Assembly (NCBI GenBank): GCA_041660565.1
Contig: JBAZWC010000001.1
Location: 70,197 to 134,196, forward strand
Source: Patescibacteria group bacterium
GTDB lineage: Bacteria > Patescibacteriota > UBA1384 > CAJBMM01
Reading direction: 5' to 3'
DNA length: 64,000 bases
Each line of letters starts with the position of its first letter. The first letter of the stretch is position 1. Below are positions 1-8,576 of the stretch, in pieces. The notes under the pieces were generated by a model. That model saw only the letters and a list, made by a program, of their open reading frames with translations. It had not been told where the DNA came from and did no database searches. The position numbers and the translations under genes are program-made.

Positions 1-1
1 A

Positions 2-643
2 TTACCCAAATTGACTCATGTTTCTTACGGATTTTTCCGCCTTAAAACCGGCAAAATGAGCACGCGTCAGGGCGATGTGATTCGGTTAGACGAGGTTATA
101 GACGCGGCGGTGCAGAAATGCGATGAATTATTGTTGGCAAAAAATGACAAATTAACAAAAAAAGATCGGGAAGAGCTGGCGCAGACATTAGGATTGGCGG
201 CGGTTAAATACACCGATCTGCAACACGATCGCCACACCGACGTAGTATTTGACTGGGACAAAATGTTCGCACTTGAGGGCAACTCGATTATCTATCTTAT
301 ATATGCTTATGCGCGGTGCAATTCACTATTAATAAAGTCTACTTCAACTAATGCCGGAGACGGCAATGAGGTCGGCTGGTCCGAAGATGATAAGCAGTTG
401 TTATTTACCTCACTAGAGTTAAACCATGCGGTGCGCCAGAGCATAGAAGAATACGACCCACATCATTTAATCAATCATGTTTATGAGGTGGCAAGCCAGT
501 TTAGTCGGCTATACAGCCACAATGCAATTCTAAACGCCTCGGCAGAAGATCGCGCTCGTCGATTAAAATTAGTAGCCATGGTTAAGGCTCAATTACAATT
601 ATTATTTGATCTATTAAATATCGACGCGCCAGAAAAACTTTAA
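2..643 (+). CDS. argS: Arginyl-tRNA synthetase, C-terminal part (5' truncated by window)
   Basis: KMSTRQG (KMSKS-like) motif, FDWDKM..EGNS.YL.YAYAR and DALR anticodon-binding domain ending APEKL. Confidence 0.95.
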   Translation, partial: LPKLTHVSYGFFRLKTGKMSTRQGDVIRLDEVIDAAVQKCDELLLAKNDKLTKKDREELAQTLGLAAVKYTDLQHDRHTDVVFDWDKMFALEGNSIIYLIYAYARCNSLLIKSTSTNAGDGNEVGWSEDDKQLLFTSLELNHAVRQSIEEYDPHHLINHVYEVASQFSRLYSHNAILNASAEDRARRLKLVAMVKAQLQLLFDLLNIDAPEKL

Positions 644-680
644 AAAAAATAAGCGGGTGGCCGCGTTTGCGGTCACCCTG
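642..680 (-). terminator. Intrinsic terminator of the 703..1479 gene (convergent with argS)
   Basis: Minus strand GGGTGACCGC-AAAC-GCGGCCACCC followed by TTATTTTTTT. Confidence 0.6.
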
Positions 681-702
681 GGCACGTCTGATGTTCTTTC
701 GC

Positions 703-1479
703 TCACTCGATTTGCAGGCTATCCGGCCTAATCCGGAGGCGACAGGTCGCCACACTGTGTGGCTTGACCTTGAGGATCTTGCCGACCTTCTTGCCGGCCC
801 TGACCGGATCATCGGCTTTGTTCGCGAAGTCGGCATCAACCCGAACAACGCTTAATGCACCCGTCTGGAAGGTTAGCGGAATGACGACCTCGCCGCCTCG
901 ATCCTCTTGAACGGCGAGAGTAGCTGATTTGCCGGAGTTGTCGACACTCGACCACAGCAATTCCGGCGTCACTTCGACGTCATTCAGTCTCCCTCGATCG
1001 AGGGTAACCTGCACTGATACGCCCGGGCCATCCTCGATGTCGAACTGAAAGCCGTTTACCTGTTTGACCAGTTGCTGCTCGCCCATCCTGATGTAGAACT
1101 TCCCGTTGGCGCCTGGCATCACGCGTCGTTCCACGGACCGTTCGATCACGATGTTCTTGACGCCGGTGTTCCAGACGGCGATGCACTCGACCTTGTCGGT
1201 CTGGCTGTCCGCCCGGAATTCGACCGGGATGACGCAGTCCTTGTTTGGGATGTAGCTGAGGACTGCCCCGTCTTCGGTCGTTTGGATCATCGCGTTGGTG
1301 GGCGCGCTGACAATCGTCGTCTTGGCGTAAAGCAGCCGTACTTGCACGGATCCTTCGTAGTAATTCGGCACTCGGGTAATCCAGGTGATTCGGCTCACCG
1401 TGCCTACTACGATAATAACGATCAAACATACCACCCACCACGGTATCTTGTCAGTGGGTCCCACGTTAGGGGGTCTCAC
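703..1479 (-). CDS. Hypothetical membrane-anchored protein, GC-rich ORFan
   Basis: 258-aa ORF with N-terminal TM helix; AGGAG RBS; TTGACT..TGATATAC promoter-like sequence upstream on minus strand. Confidence 0.7.
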   Translation of the reverse strand: MRPPNVGPTDKIPWWVVCLIVIIVVGTVSRITWITRVPNYYEGSVQVRLLYAKTTIVSAPTNAMIQTTEDGAVLSYIPNKDCVIPVEFRADSQTDKVECIAVWNTGVKNIVIERSVERRVMPGANGKFYIRMGEQQLVKQVNGFQFDIEDGPGVSVQVTLDRGRLNDVEVTPELLWSSVDNSGKSATLAVQEDRGGEVVIPLTFQTGALSVVRVDADFANKADDPVRAGKKVGKILKVKPHSVATCRLRIRPDSLQIE

Positions 1480-1702
1480 AGCAGTCTCCTTTGTGTTGTC
1501 GATGGGGCGCTAGGAACTTGCCCCGAGTTGATGATTTATGTATATCACATTTTATAAAAATAGTCAATAAAAAAACGTGCAACAGTTCACAACTCTGAAA
1601 TAACTTTTCGCGTTCGAGTTTAGGACGTAAAACGTCCCGAAGCGAGAACGACATCGGTGAAAAGAATAGCTAGTTCTCGGTTTTACCTCGAACAAGAAAA
1701 AC

Positions 1703-1785
1703 GTAGACCAGACTTCTTGACCTTCCGAAGCTTTAGCGTATGAGGTTAGTCTGTTTTCTTAATAACACAATAAATCGTGGTCTAC
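1703..1785. repeat. GTAG-ended palindromic (REP-like) element with a nested 30-nt element
   Basis: GTAGACCA...GTGGTCTAC; related copies near 20961-21020 and 30934-31013; contains the reverse complement of the CCTCCTACGCTAAAGCTTCGGAAGGTCAAG family. Confidence 0.7.
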
Positions 1786-1821
1786 AAGAACGAATTGACA
1801 TCCGGACTCGCTCAAGCAATT

Positions 1822-3987
1822 TTATAGATCAAATTGATACACGCTATCGCCAACTAGAATCCAGCCGCGTTTGGATTTGGTGGAAATATAACTTTGTTTA
1901 ATATCACCGAGTGTGGTTTGATACTGCCCGGAGTATTGGCCGTCTTTAGACGCCTCAATAATACGATTTTTGTCTTGAATAAATATTGAATTTCCCGAAC
2001 TATCAGCAAAAATCCGTGCTGGGGAGTCGAGTCCACTGCCGGGCTCAGGAATCTGAATCGGCCCGAACCCAATTGAATTGCCTTTAGTGAATTTGGATAC
2101 ATCGCCCGAATTAAATAGTAGATAAATGTTGCCGTCATTGGTAATGTCTATTGCGCTAGAGTTGGACAGCGTACTTTTAGCCAAGTATGCGGTAACCGCC
2201 GTGAATTTATAGTTGGCGGTGCCGGTAAATTTCCAAATTTGCCCCGAGTCTTTCTCTAGTACATATAGATTTTGCTGATACCACGTTGCCGCTTTAATAC
2301 CGGGCCACTTCTCGGTTGTGGGTAGCGACAACTGAATTAATTGATTATTATTGTCGGTTAAAATAAGCTGCACTTTATTATCACTGGTTGCAACTAAAAT
2401 TTGGCGAGTTAGCTCAAACATAGTGAAGTAGGTAATTTTTGCCCCGTTGCTGGCGGAAAAAATGATATCCGGCGAGGTATTTTTACCCAAAATTTGTCGG
2501 GTAATTTTGGTGCCGTTAGAGTTTGTGGCAAATAAGTATTGGCCAATTATACCAAACCACGTTGTGTCGCCACTAACTTTGGTTATTACGGTAGGGTTAA
2601 TAATGGCGGTGTGATTTATTTCCAATAATAACTGGTTATATTTTGTGGTTATCGTTATTACGTCGCTACTGTCTTTGGGCAAGGTGCTTAGAATGTCGTT
2701 GGCTTTAACCAAATTTGTCCGAGCTAAGTCTGGATTTGTCTTTTTATTCAGCGTGGCAACATCTAAAAATTTATTAGCATCGGAAATTTTTTGGGTAATG
2801 TTGGCGGTAGAAGTGGTGGTGGAGTTTTGATGTTGAGTTCGGTTATATATTGATATCCCCACAATCAGAACCAAAACTAAGGATGAGGCTAATATGGTAA
2901 TTGGTTTGACTTTATTGAATTTACGCGAGGTTTTAACTATCCAGCTTTGGGCATCAACAAAAATGTGAAACAGTGAATGGCTAATTTTTTGTCCTGATGA
3001 GCGTTGCAATTTGGGTGTACCGATCCGAATTTGCGGCTGTGAAGGCTCTTCCGCGTCGCCTGGTTTATATTTCACCGGAATGACTGCCGTGTCTTTATCT
3101 GAGCTGTTGGTGTATTGCAGCTCGGTTTTTGGCTCGGTGTAAAATCGCTTGGCTTTTTGATACCCGCTTTTAACACCGCTGAATATCAGTTTGCTTAGAT
3201 CGGAAGCCGCATCTAATATGCTGTGCCGGAAAGATTTTTCAAAGTTGCCGACACTAGGATTTCGAGATGCTTTGATCACCCCTCCGACAGATGGTTCTAG
3301 TACGATGGTGTATGGTTCGGTTTGGGTATCGAGATCATCATTCTCAATTTTGACCACTACTGCTGATAAGTGATTCAGGTGCAATCTTCTGCCGGCTTGG
3401 AACATAGCCTGTACGCCATTGGTGGGGTTTGACTCGATTGATTGACATAAAAATTGCGGAGAAAAGTGCCGTCCAACCTCGGTATTGCCTAAAATTACAC
3501 TATCGCCGACTGATAATTGCCCAGAGGTTAAATTGGCAAAGGTTTTGTGTACCAATACTCGTCCGGTAATGTTTGCGGTGTTGTCAAAAATGGGTGAGTA
3601 GGTTTGTCCTCTAATAACCGCACCGGTAACTTTGCCGGTGTGAGACAAATAGACTTCGTTATTAACAAAAAGGGCAATCACTGCGTGAATGTGCCCCACC
3701 CAATCATTATTTCCGTTCTCGGCCAATTCGGCCAGCGCCAGGTTTATCTGCTTAATACAATCTTCAAACTGATAGATAGGGGATTTTCGCTCCTCCGAAA
3801 AATATTCGTTTTTAAGACAATCAATGATGGTTTGTTCAACTATTTGACCGAAAGACCGGGGTAGGGGGATATCGATAATATAAACAATATCCCCAAAACT
3901 AAGATCGTTTGGATGATTCAACACGCCCGAGGCAAGGGTGCGCTCGTGTGTGCTTATTGTTGATATTCTGGCTATTGATAACGCCAA
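1822..3987 (-). CDS. Hypothetical membrane protein: PP2C-like N-terminal fold, one TM helix, C-terminal beta-propeller-like domain
   Basis: 721-aa ORF; central hydrophobic ITILASSLVLVLIVGISIY; C-terminal beta-rich repeats (NLYVLE, DITNDGNIYLL); domain calls by resemblance only. Confidence 0.65.
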   Translation of the reverse strand: MALSIARISTISTHERTLASGVLNHPNDLSFGDIVYIIDIPLPRSFGQIVEQTIIDCLKNEYFSEERKSPIYQFEDCIKQINLALAELAENGNNDWVGHIHAVIALFVNNEVYLSHTGKVTGAVIRGQTYSPIFDNTANITGRVLVHKTFANLTSGQLSVGDSVILGNTEVGRHFSPQFLCQSIESNPTNGVQAMFQAGRRLHLNHLSAVVVKIENDDLDTQTEPYTIVLEPSVGGVIKASRNPSVGNFEKSFRHSILDAASDLSKLIFSGVKSGYQKAKRFYTEPKTELQYTNSSDKDTAVIPVKYKPGDAEEPSQPQIRIGTPKLQRSSGQKISHSLFHIFVDAQSWIVKTSRKFNKVKPITILASSLVLVLIVGISIYNRTQHQNSTTTSTANITQKISDANKFLDVATLNKKTNPDLARTNLVKANDILSTLPKDSSDVITITTKYNQLLLEINHTAIINPTVITKVSGDTTWFGIIGQYLFATNSNGTKITRQILGKNTSPDIIFSASNGAKITYFTMFELTRQILVATSDNKVQLILTDNNNQLIQLSLPTTEKWPGIKAATWYQQNLYVLEKDSGQIWKFTGTANYKFTAVTAYLAKSTLSNSSAIDITNDGNIYLLFNSGDVSKFTKGNSIGFGPIQIPEPGSGLDSPARIFADSSGNSIFIQDKNRIIEASKDGQYSGQYQTTLGDIKQSYISTKSKRGWILVGDSVYQFDL

Positions 3988-4083
3988 ACTAAACCACCTT
4001 TAAGTTGCTTATTTCTATTGTATGCTTTGAGTGGCGTATGGCGCAAGGTGCAAAAAATTTTGCATTTATGTTACAATATATTT

Positions 4084-4215
4084 GCTTCCGGCTGTCCAAC
4101 ACATTGCTTCTTACTTTTTTTTAGGTGGTTCAACATTTATGTAAAGTATTATACCTTACATGTGCGAACTACCACTTGGGATTTTTGAAGCCCAATGTGC
4201 TGTGATGGCCGGAGC
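4084..4215 (+). ncRNA. Long rod-like RNA with central bubble, 6S RNA-like candidate
   Basis: GCTTCCGGCTGTC/GATGGCCGGAGC, CACATTG/CAATGTG, GGTGGTTC/GAACTACC and ATGTAA/TTACAT pairings; extended -10 TG-T-TACAAT at 4069-4077 just upstream. Confidence 0.5.
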
Positions 4216-4401
4216 AGAATTTGAAAACAGAAAACGATCCCCAATTCTACGAGTCGAAGACTCGTAGAGATGACAGCGAGCAGAGAACAAGCGTTCTCTT
4301 TTTTGTTATTGAATTTGGCCGTTTTTGCCTAAGATAAAAAAAGTAGACCCGGCTGATATGGAGGTCAGCCGGGTCTTGGCTCGCAGGGTTTGGTGGTCGT
4401 G

Positions 4402-4671
4402 TCACTGTCGATCACGGGCTTCTTGGGCCAGTCTTGGGTTGAAGCCCAGCTCGGTGGTTCGCACCGGCCGTCCGACAAGTTCCTCGACACGCTTAAGGAC
4501 CATGTCCATGTAGACCTCCTTCGGCCCCGTTAGCAAATCCGTGACCTCCTTCTCACGCTCCTCGCCGGTCATCTCCTCTGCCTTCCTGCGTGTCTTGAAG
4601 TTCTCAACACACGTCGGGCAGGCCTCGGTACAGCTCGTGCCACAAACGTGGCATATTCGTTCCTCTGGCAC
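4402..4671 (-). CDS. Small hypothetical protein with CxxC...CxxC zinc-binding N-terminus, GC-rich
   Basis: CHVC..CTEACPTC; GGGAGG RBS; TTGACC..TGGTATAGT promoter upstream; hairpin plus T-run downstream. Confidence 0.65.
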   Translation of the reverse strand: MPEERICHVCGTSCTEACPTCVENFKTRRKAEEMTGEEREKEVTDLLTGPKEVYMDMVLKRVEELVGRPVRTTELGFNPRLAQEARDRQ

Positions 4672-5014
4672 AGGACCCCTCCCTCTTAGCCGTGATTCTC
4701 TAAGAACGATAATAACTATACCATATCGTTACGTTATGGTCAATATATTTTTGCTGTGAACCCAATAACTGATTCAAAAAAATCTCATTAGGTAGTTGTC
4801 ATTCCGGCTCGCCAGCTGGCGGGTGATCCGAAATCCAGTCTATGTTTGTTATCATATAGATCATGAATCTTCCCTTTGACCTGCGGCCAGAGTTACTGGT
4901 TTCTGACAAAATCATTAAGTTTAGGATGACATGAACGGTAGTTTTTGGATTCACGATTATTGTTATTGAATTTGGATGATTTTCTGCTATCGTGTGGCGT
5001 GAGGGGGTGGTACC

Positions 5015-5761
5015 ATGAACATCGAGTTTTCAGGCTACGGGTTCACTGTCCTATGCACCTACTTACCCGTTGACATTTTCGAGCGGGCAATGAGCTGGCT
5101 AGCAAAAGGAGGACAAGGTCGGCTGACGTTTGAGCCGTGGGATGATGGGATTGTCGACAATCCCTGGGCATCAACCGGCATCGGTGGTAGGACGATTCGT
5201 CGACTTCGGGATCTCGAATCGAATGGCCTAGTTTGCCTTGGGTGGCGTCGTTACGAGCTGGTCAAGTGTGTCGATTCGATGGTGCTACTTAGTTACGCAC
5301 TGTGGCCAGTGCTGGTTGGACAGTACGAGATGGCTCGTCCAAACAACGCGGGTCTACAAGTGGATATCAACGAGATCACGCGGGGCTATCGGGTGGCAGC
5401 CAACTTTGACCCAGTGGTTTGGGACGTGATCGAACACGCTGGATTCAAGGGGCTACTGCCCGCCATCAACACGCACATTCGTCATTGGTTTGAGGAATTC
5501 GCGGATGGACGCGAAGATGGGCAGTACACCACCGTGTTCAATGGGAAGGATGGGCCTACGTTGATGTTCTATCCGCCGTCTACCAGCCGTGGTGTATGGA
5601 TTAGCGGGTCACGTGAACCCGGGATCGATGGGCACCAGCTGTATGACCACAACACCGATGGCGCTCTTGATGTGATGGGGCATTTGGTGGCACTCTGTAC
5701 CGTGCTAGATCACTGCCGAAAGGCAATCGACTCGGGAATTCTCAGCACTGACGGTGCGTAG
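5015..5761 (+). CDS. Hypothetical protein, GC-rich ORFan
   Basis: 248-aa ORF with GAGGGGG RBS; perfect 26-bp palindrome 5753-5778 overlapping the stop. Confidence 0.7.
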   Translation: MNIEFSGYGFTVLCTYLPVDIFERAMSWLAKGGQGRLTFEPWDDGIVDNPWASTGIGGRTIRRLRDLESNGLVCLGWRRYELVKCVDSMVLLSYALWPVLVGQYEMARPNNAGLQVDINEITRGYRVAANFDPVVWDVIEHAGFKGLLPAINTHIRHWFEEFADGREDGQYTTVFNGKDGPTLMFYPPSTSRGVWISGSREPGIDGHQLYDHNTDGALDVMGHLVALCTVLDHCRKAIDSGILSTDGA

Positions 5762-5844
5762 GCAATTGCCTACGCACCTCTTATTTATCTAGTCATATGA
5801 AACATGCTGTTTTTTTGATAATGTGTAAAGTACGAATCAAAATA

Positions 5845-5880
5845 CAGGGTATAGCTTAGTTGGTAAAGCGCTGGGGTTGG
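5845..5880 (+). tRNA. 5' half of tRNA-Pro, interrupted in the anticodon loop
   Basis: CAGGGTA TA GCTT-AGTTGGTA-AAGC G CTGGG GTTGG, then palindromic inserts; acceptor strand complementary to TACCCTG at 6489-6495. Confidence 0.7.
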
Positions 5881-5968
5881 CCTCCGCCCGTAGAGCTACG
5901 CCCGGAGGGCTCCGCCCGTAGGCTCCAGCCTGTAAGGCTTACGCCTGGAAGGGCTACGCCCGGAGGGG
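5881..5968. repeat. Tandem and nested CCTCCG...CTACG...CGGAGG palindromic mini-elements
   Basis: Same family near 6329-6357, 6427-6458, 35731-35791, 40797-40857 and 49200-49229. Confidence 0.8.
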
Positions 5969-5977
5969 GTCAAAAAA

Positions 5978-6238
5978 ATGTGCTATGTATATATATTGAT
6001 CAGCCAAGTTGATATGGAGCGGTATATTGGGTCAACTGTGAATCTTAGTGTTAGGCTGTCAGAGCATGATCTGGGGTTGGTAAATTCTACAAAAAATAGA
6101 CGCCCATTAAAGTTGTATGCTTATCAAATATGTGAGAATATCGGAGAAGCGAGAAAAATTGAGCATATGTACAAGGGTAGCCGGGGTGCTTATGACCGGG
6201 CGATTAAAAAAGGTCAATTGATTATCTTCGGGGAGTAG
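5978..6238 (+). CDS. Stand-alone GIY-YIG nuclease family protein
   Basis: YVYIL..RYIGST.NL..RL.EH..G...TK.RRP.KL...A..IE pattern; stop codon overlaps the tRNA-Pro 5' end. Confidence 0.9.
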   Translation: MCYVYILISQVDMERYIGSTVNLSVRLSEHDLGLVNSTKNRRPLKLYAYQICENIGEARKIEHMYKGSRGAYDRAIKKGQLIIFGE

Positions 6239-6305
6239 CATAGCGGCCTAATGCGCTGGGCTGGGGGTCCAGAGACCGGAGGTTCAAATCCTCTCTCCCC
6301 GACCA
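6229..6305 (+). tRNA. tRNA-Pro(GGG), intact
   Basis: CGGGGAG/CTCCCCG acceptor stem, GCAT/ATGC D stem, CTGGG-CTGGGGG-TCCAG anticodon arm, TTCAAAT T loop, ACCA end. Confidence 0.92.
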
Positions 6306-6321
6306 ATTTGAAACTGGAATC

Positions 6322-6397
6322 GGGCTGGGCTCCGCCCGTAGGGCTACGCCCGGAGGGGGTCCAGAGATCGGCAGTTCGAGTCTGCCATCCCCGACCA
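6322..6397 (+). pseudogene. 3' fragment of tRNA-Pro with mini-element in the anticodon loop
   Basis: GGGCTGG[insert]GGTCCAGAGATC GGCAG TTCGAGT CTGCC ATCCCCG ACCA; no 5' half directly upstream. Confidence 0.7.
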
Positions 6398-6420
6398 TGA
6401 TATAATGAAGTCTGCGACTA

Positions 6421-6499
6421 GGCTGGCCTCCGGCTCTACGAGCGGTAGGCTCGGAGAGGGGTCCAGAGACCGCCAGTTCAAGTCTGGCTACCCTGACCA
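6421..6499 (+). pseudogene. 3' half of tRNA-Pro matching the 5845 5' half, with mini-element in the anticodon loop
   Basis: GGCTGG[insert]GGGTCCAGAGACC GCCAG TTCAAGT CTGGC TACCCTG ACCA. Confidence 0.7.
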
Positions 6500-6588
6500 T
6501 CCCTCGCTCCCTCCTACGCTAAAGCTTCGGAAGGTCAAGAAAGCTACGGATGGCACGGCCAAAAATTAAAAAAATACAAAGGATATGA

Positions 6589-7116
6589 ATGAAAATCAAT
6601 AAACTTAAAAAAATTACCACCGGTGCAGCTCTGTTGACTGGACTTTTTGTGGCATCGGTTCAATCCACTTTTGCGATGTGCCCGGTGTGCACGGTAGCGG
6701 TGCTTGGTGGGGTTGAGTTGTCGCATTATCTCGGAATCGATGATGTGATAACCGGGCTATGGATTGGTGCATTAATGGTTTCGATTACAATGTGGACATC
6801 AAATTGGTTGCGCAACAAAAAATGGCGTTATATTCCCAAAGGCGCCGCATTCTGGTTTATTATTTGGGTTTTAATGACTTATGTCCCGCTCTATCAATAT
6901 CGATTTTTTGGGCATAACAACAGCCAACTCTGGGGGATTGATAAAATTATCATCGGATCGATGTTTGGGGTGGTGATTTTTGCACTGGCGGTGGTGGTTC
7001 ATAATTGGCTTAAAGCCAGAAACGGTGATAAAGTTTACGTGCAATTTCAACGTGTCATTATCCCGGTATCATTTTTGATAATCGGCAGCGTGGCGTTTTA
7101 TTTCATTACTAAATAA
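6589..7116 (+). CDS. Hypothetical integral membrane protein with CPVC motif
   Basis: Signal-like N-terminus, MCPVCTVAV, four to five hydrophobic helices. Confidence 0.75.
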   Translation: MKINKLKKITTGAALLTGLFVASVQSTFAMCPVCTVAVLGGVELSHYLGIDDVITGLWIGALMVSITMWTSNWLRNKKWRYIPKGAAFWFIIWVLMTYVPLYQYRFFGHNNSQLWGIDKIIIGSMFGVVIFALAVVVHNWLKARNGDKVYVQFQRVIIPVSFLIIGSVAFYFITK

Positions 7117-7126
7117 AGGAGATATT

Positions 7127-7651
7127 GTGTCTGAAGATAAAGAACTCGACGGCTGGCTGGAAAAAGTATCTAAGAGTAAAAAAGGGGCACTAGATTTATC
7201 GTCTGATGAAGATCTATCAATTGCGATTATGAACTTAATCAGCATCGAAGAGCATTTTTTCTTTACTGCCGCCAAAACTGGCAAAGATCAATATTACGAT
7301 TTGTTGGGGCAAGTACGCGAAATGCGCAAAAGCTTGCTCAAAAAAATTGTCAAAGAGTACGAAGGTGAGGTGTGGTGCATTTCAAAACATTTGCTTTCGG
7401 CTAGTATGCGTTTGATTGAGGTTGGCACCAAGCAACAAGGATTGGGGCACGACAAAGACGCCAAAGAGATGTTTACTAAGGCGTACGAGTTGTACTCATT
7501 GTTCTGGGGGCTTAACTTGAACTTATTAAACGTCGGCGAGATTAAAAAGGTGGATGACGACCAAATGGATATTCACCCCGACAAAAAAACCTCACCGATG
7601 TCTAAGCTAGGCTTGTTAGTTAAAAAAGCGATTGATTGCTGTAGAGAGTAG
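7127..7651 (+). CDS. Hypothetical alpha-helical protein ending in DCCRE
   Basis: 174-aa ORF with AAGGAG RBS, in operon with the upstream gene; WCISKH motif. Confidence 0.75.
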   Translation: MSEDKELDGWLEKVSKSKKGALDLSSDEDLSIAIMNLISIEEHFFFTAAKTGKDQYYDLLGQVREMRKSLLKKIVKEYEGEVWCISKHLLSASMRLIEVGTKQQGLGHDKDAKEMFTKAYELYSLFWGLNLNLLNVGEIKKVDDDQMDIHPDKKTSPMSKLGLLVKKAIDCCRE

Positions 7652-7674
7652 GTTGAGATCGGACTTTATGAGCT

Positions 7675-7750
7675 GTCATTCCGGATTTAATCCGGAATCT
7701 ATATAATAAAGTCTTTTATAGTCTGGATTCCGGGTCGAGCCCGGAATGAC
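7675..7750. repeat. Inverted pair of GTCATTCCGG-N-CCGGAATC palindromes (dRS3/RPE-like family)
   Basis: Family also near 4797, 12127-12203, 13220, 13974, 15126, 38413 and 47204. Confidence 0.85.
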
Positions 7751-7756
7751 AAGGGA

Positions 7757-8443
7757 CTACAAGTTAATTTTAGTTAATTCAGCAGCTGGGAATTTTTCTA
7801 GCACCGGTTGCAATGTTTCTTCGTGTTTATCTAAATCAGCTCCGATTAAATAAACCGGCATAGGGTTTGCCGTAAAATGCTCTAGTCCCGGGCCGTGGTC
7901 TCCCATGGCAATACTAAGCGCAATTTCTAGCTCTTCTTTTTGCCATTCGGCGTCAGGTGCGTATGCGTGGCTGAGTAAAAATGAATCATCTACTGCGGCA
8001 GCTTTTGTATCTAGTTTTCCGGTGTAATCAATTACAATACATGGTTCGCTGTGTTTGTGTGGATCGCCATTAGCTTTGTAGTCGTAGTCTTCGGACCAGC
8101 CAATTGATTTAACGGGCATTGTACTACCAATTCCATCCGCCAATTTTTGAGCGGACCACTGCGCGATCTCGTCTTGGCTACGTTTATCGCCGGTACGCTC
8201 TTTATAAACCGCGCACGCACCGCAGTGTTCGTGCCAGGTGACGGTTAGGGTAGCGGGATTTACGCCGTGGTTTAGCAGATTTTGTTTGAATTTGGTAATT
8301 TGTGCATCGGAAAATAAAACGCCACTTCCGGCTAAGCCCAGAAAAGGTCGTTCAAGTCCGTTTGGCCGAATACGCCCGTCCATACAGACAATAGCTTGAG
8401 GATTTAGTTTTGTTGATTGGTGTAACTTTATGGCGTCTAGCAT
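7757..8443 (-). CDS. Putative beta/zeta carbonic-anhydrase-like metal-binding protein
   Basis: CMDGR and HEHCGAC motifs; start reassigned to MLDAIK because the upstream extension is heptamer-repeat DNA. Confidence 0.55.
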   Translation of the reverse strand: MLDAIKLHQSTKLNPQAIVCMDGRIRPNGLERPFLGLAGSGVLFSDAQITKFKQNLLNHGVNPATLTVTWHEHCGACAVYKERTGDKRSQDEIAQWSAQKLADGIGSTMPVKSIGWSEDYDYKANGDPHKHSEPCIVIDYTGKLDTKAAAVDDSFLLSHAYAPDAEWQKEELEIALSIAMGDHGPGLEHFTANPMPVYLIGADLDKHEETLQPVLEKFPAAELTKINL

Positions 8444-8576
8444 GAAAATACTATAACGAAAAGTTGCCTTAACATCAAGCACTAAATCAGAAATTCGAAA
8501 TTCGAAACAAATCCAAAATTCCAAATTCAAAAAATTTTAAACTTGTTTCGTGCTTCGCATTTTCGTATTTCGAATT

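Noticed and set aside
6222-6500. Minus-strand 92-aa ORF, and the ORFs at 19430..19748 and 20935..21201
   Set aside because: Shadows of tRNA genes and repeats
8480-8576. AT-rich heptamer-like runs (AAATTCG, AATTTGA, AAGCACT; also near 10420, 19180, 37020, 44790, 49310 and 60410)
   Set aside because: Short degenerate intergenic microsatellites with no unique spacers or associated gene; not treated as a system
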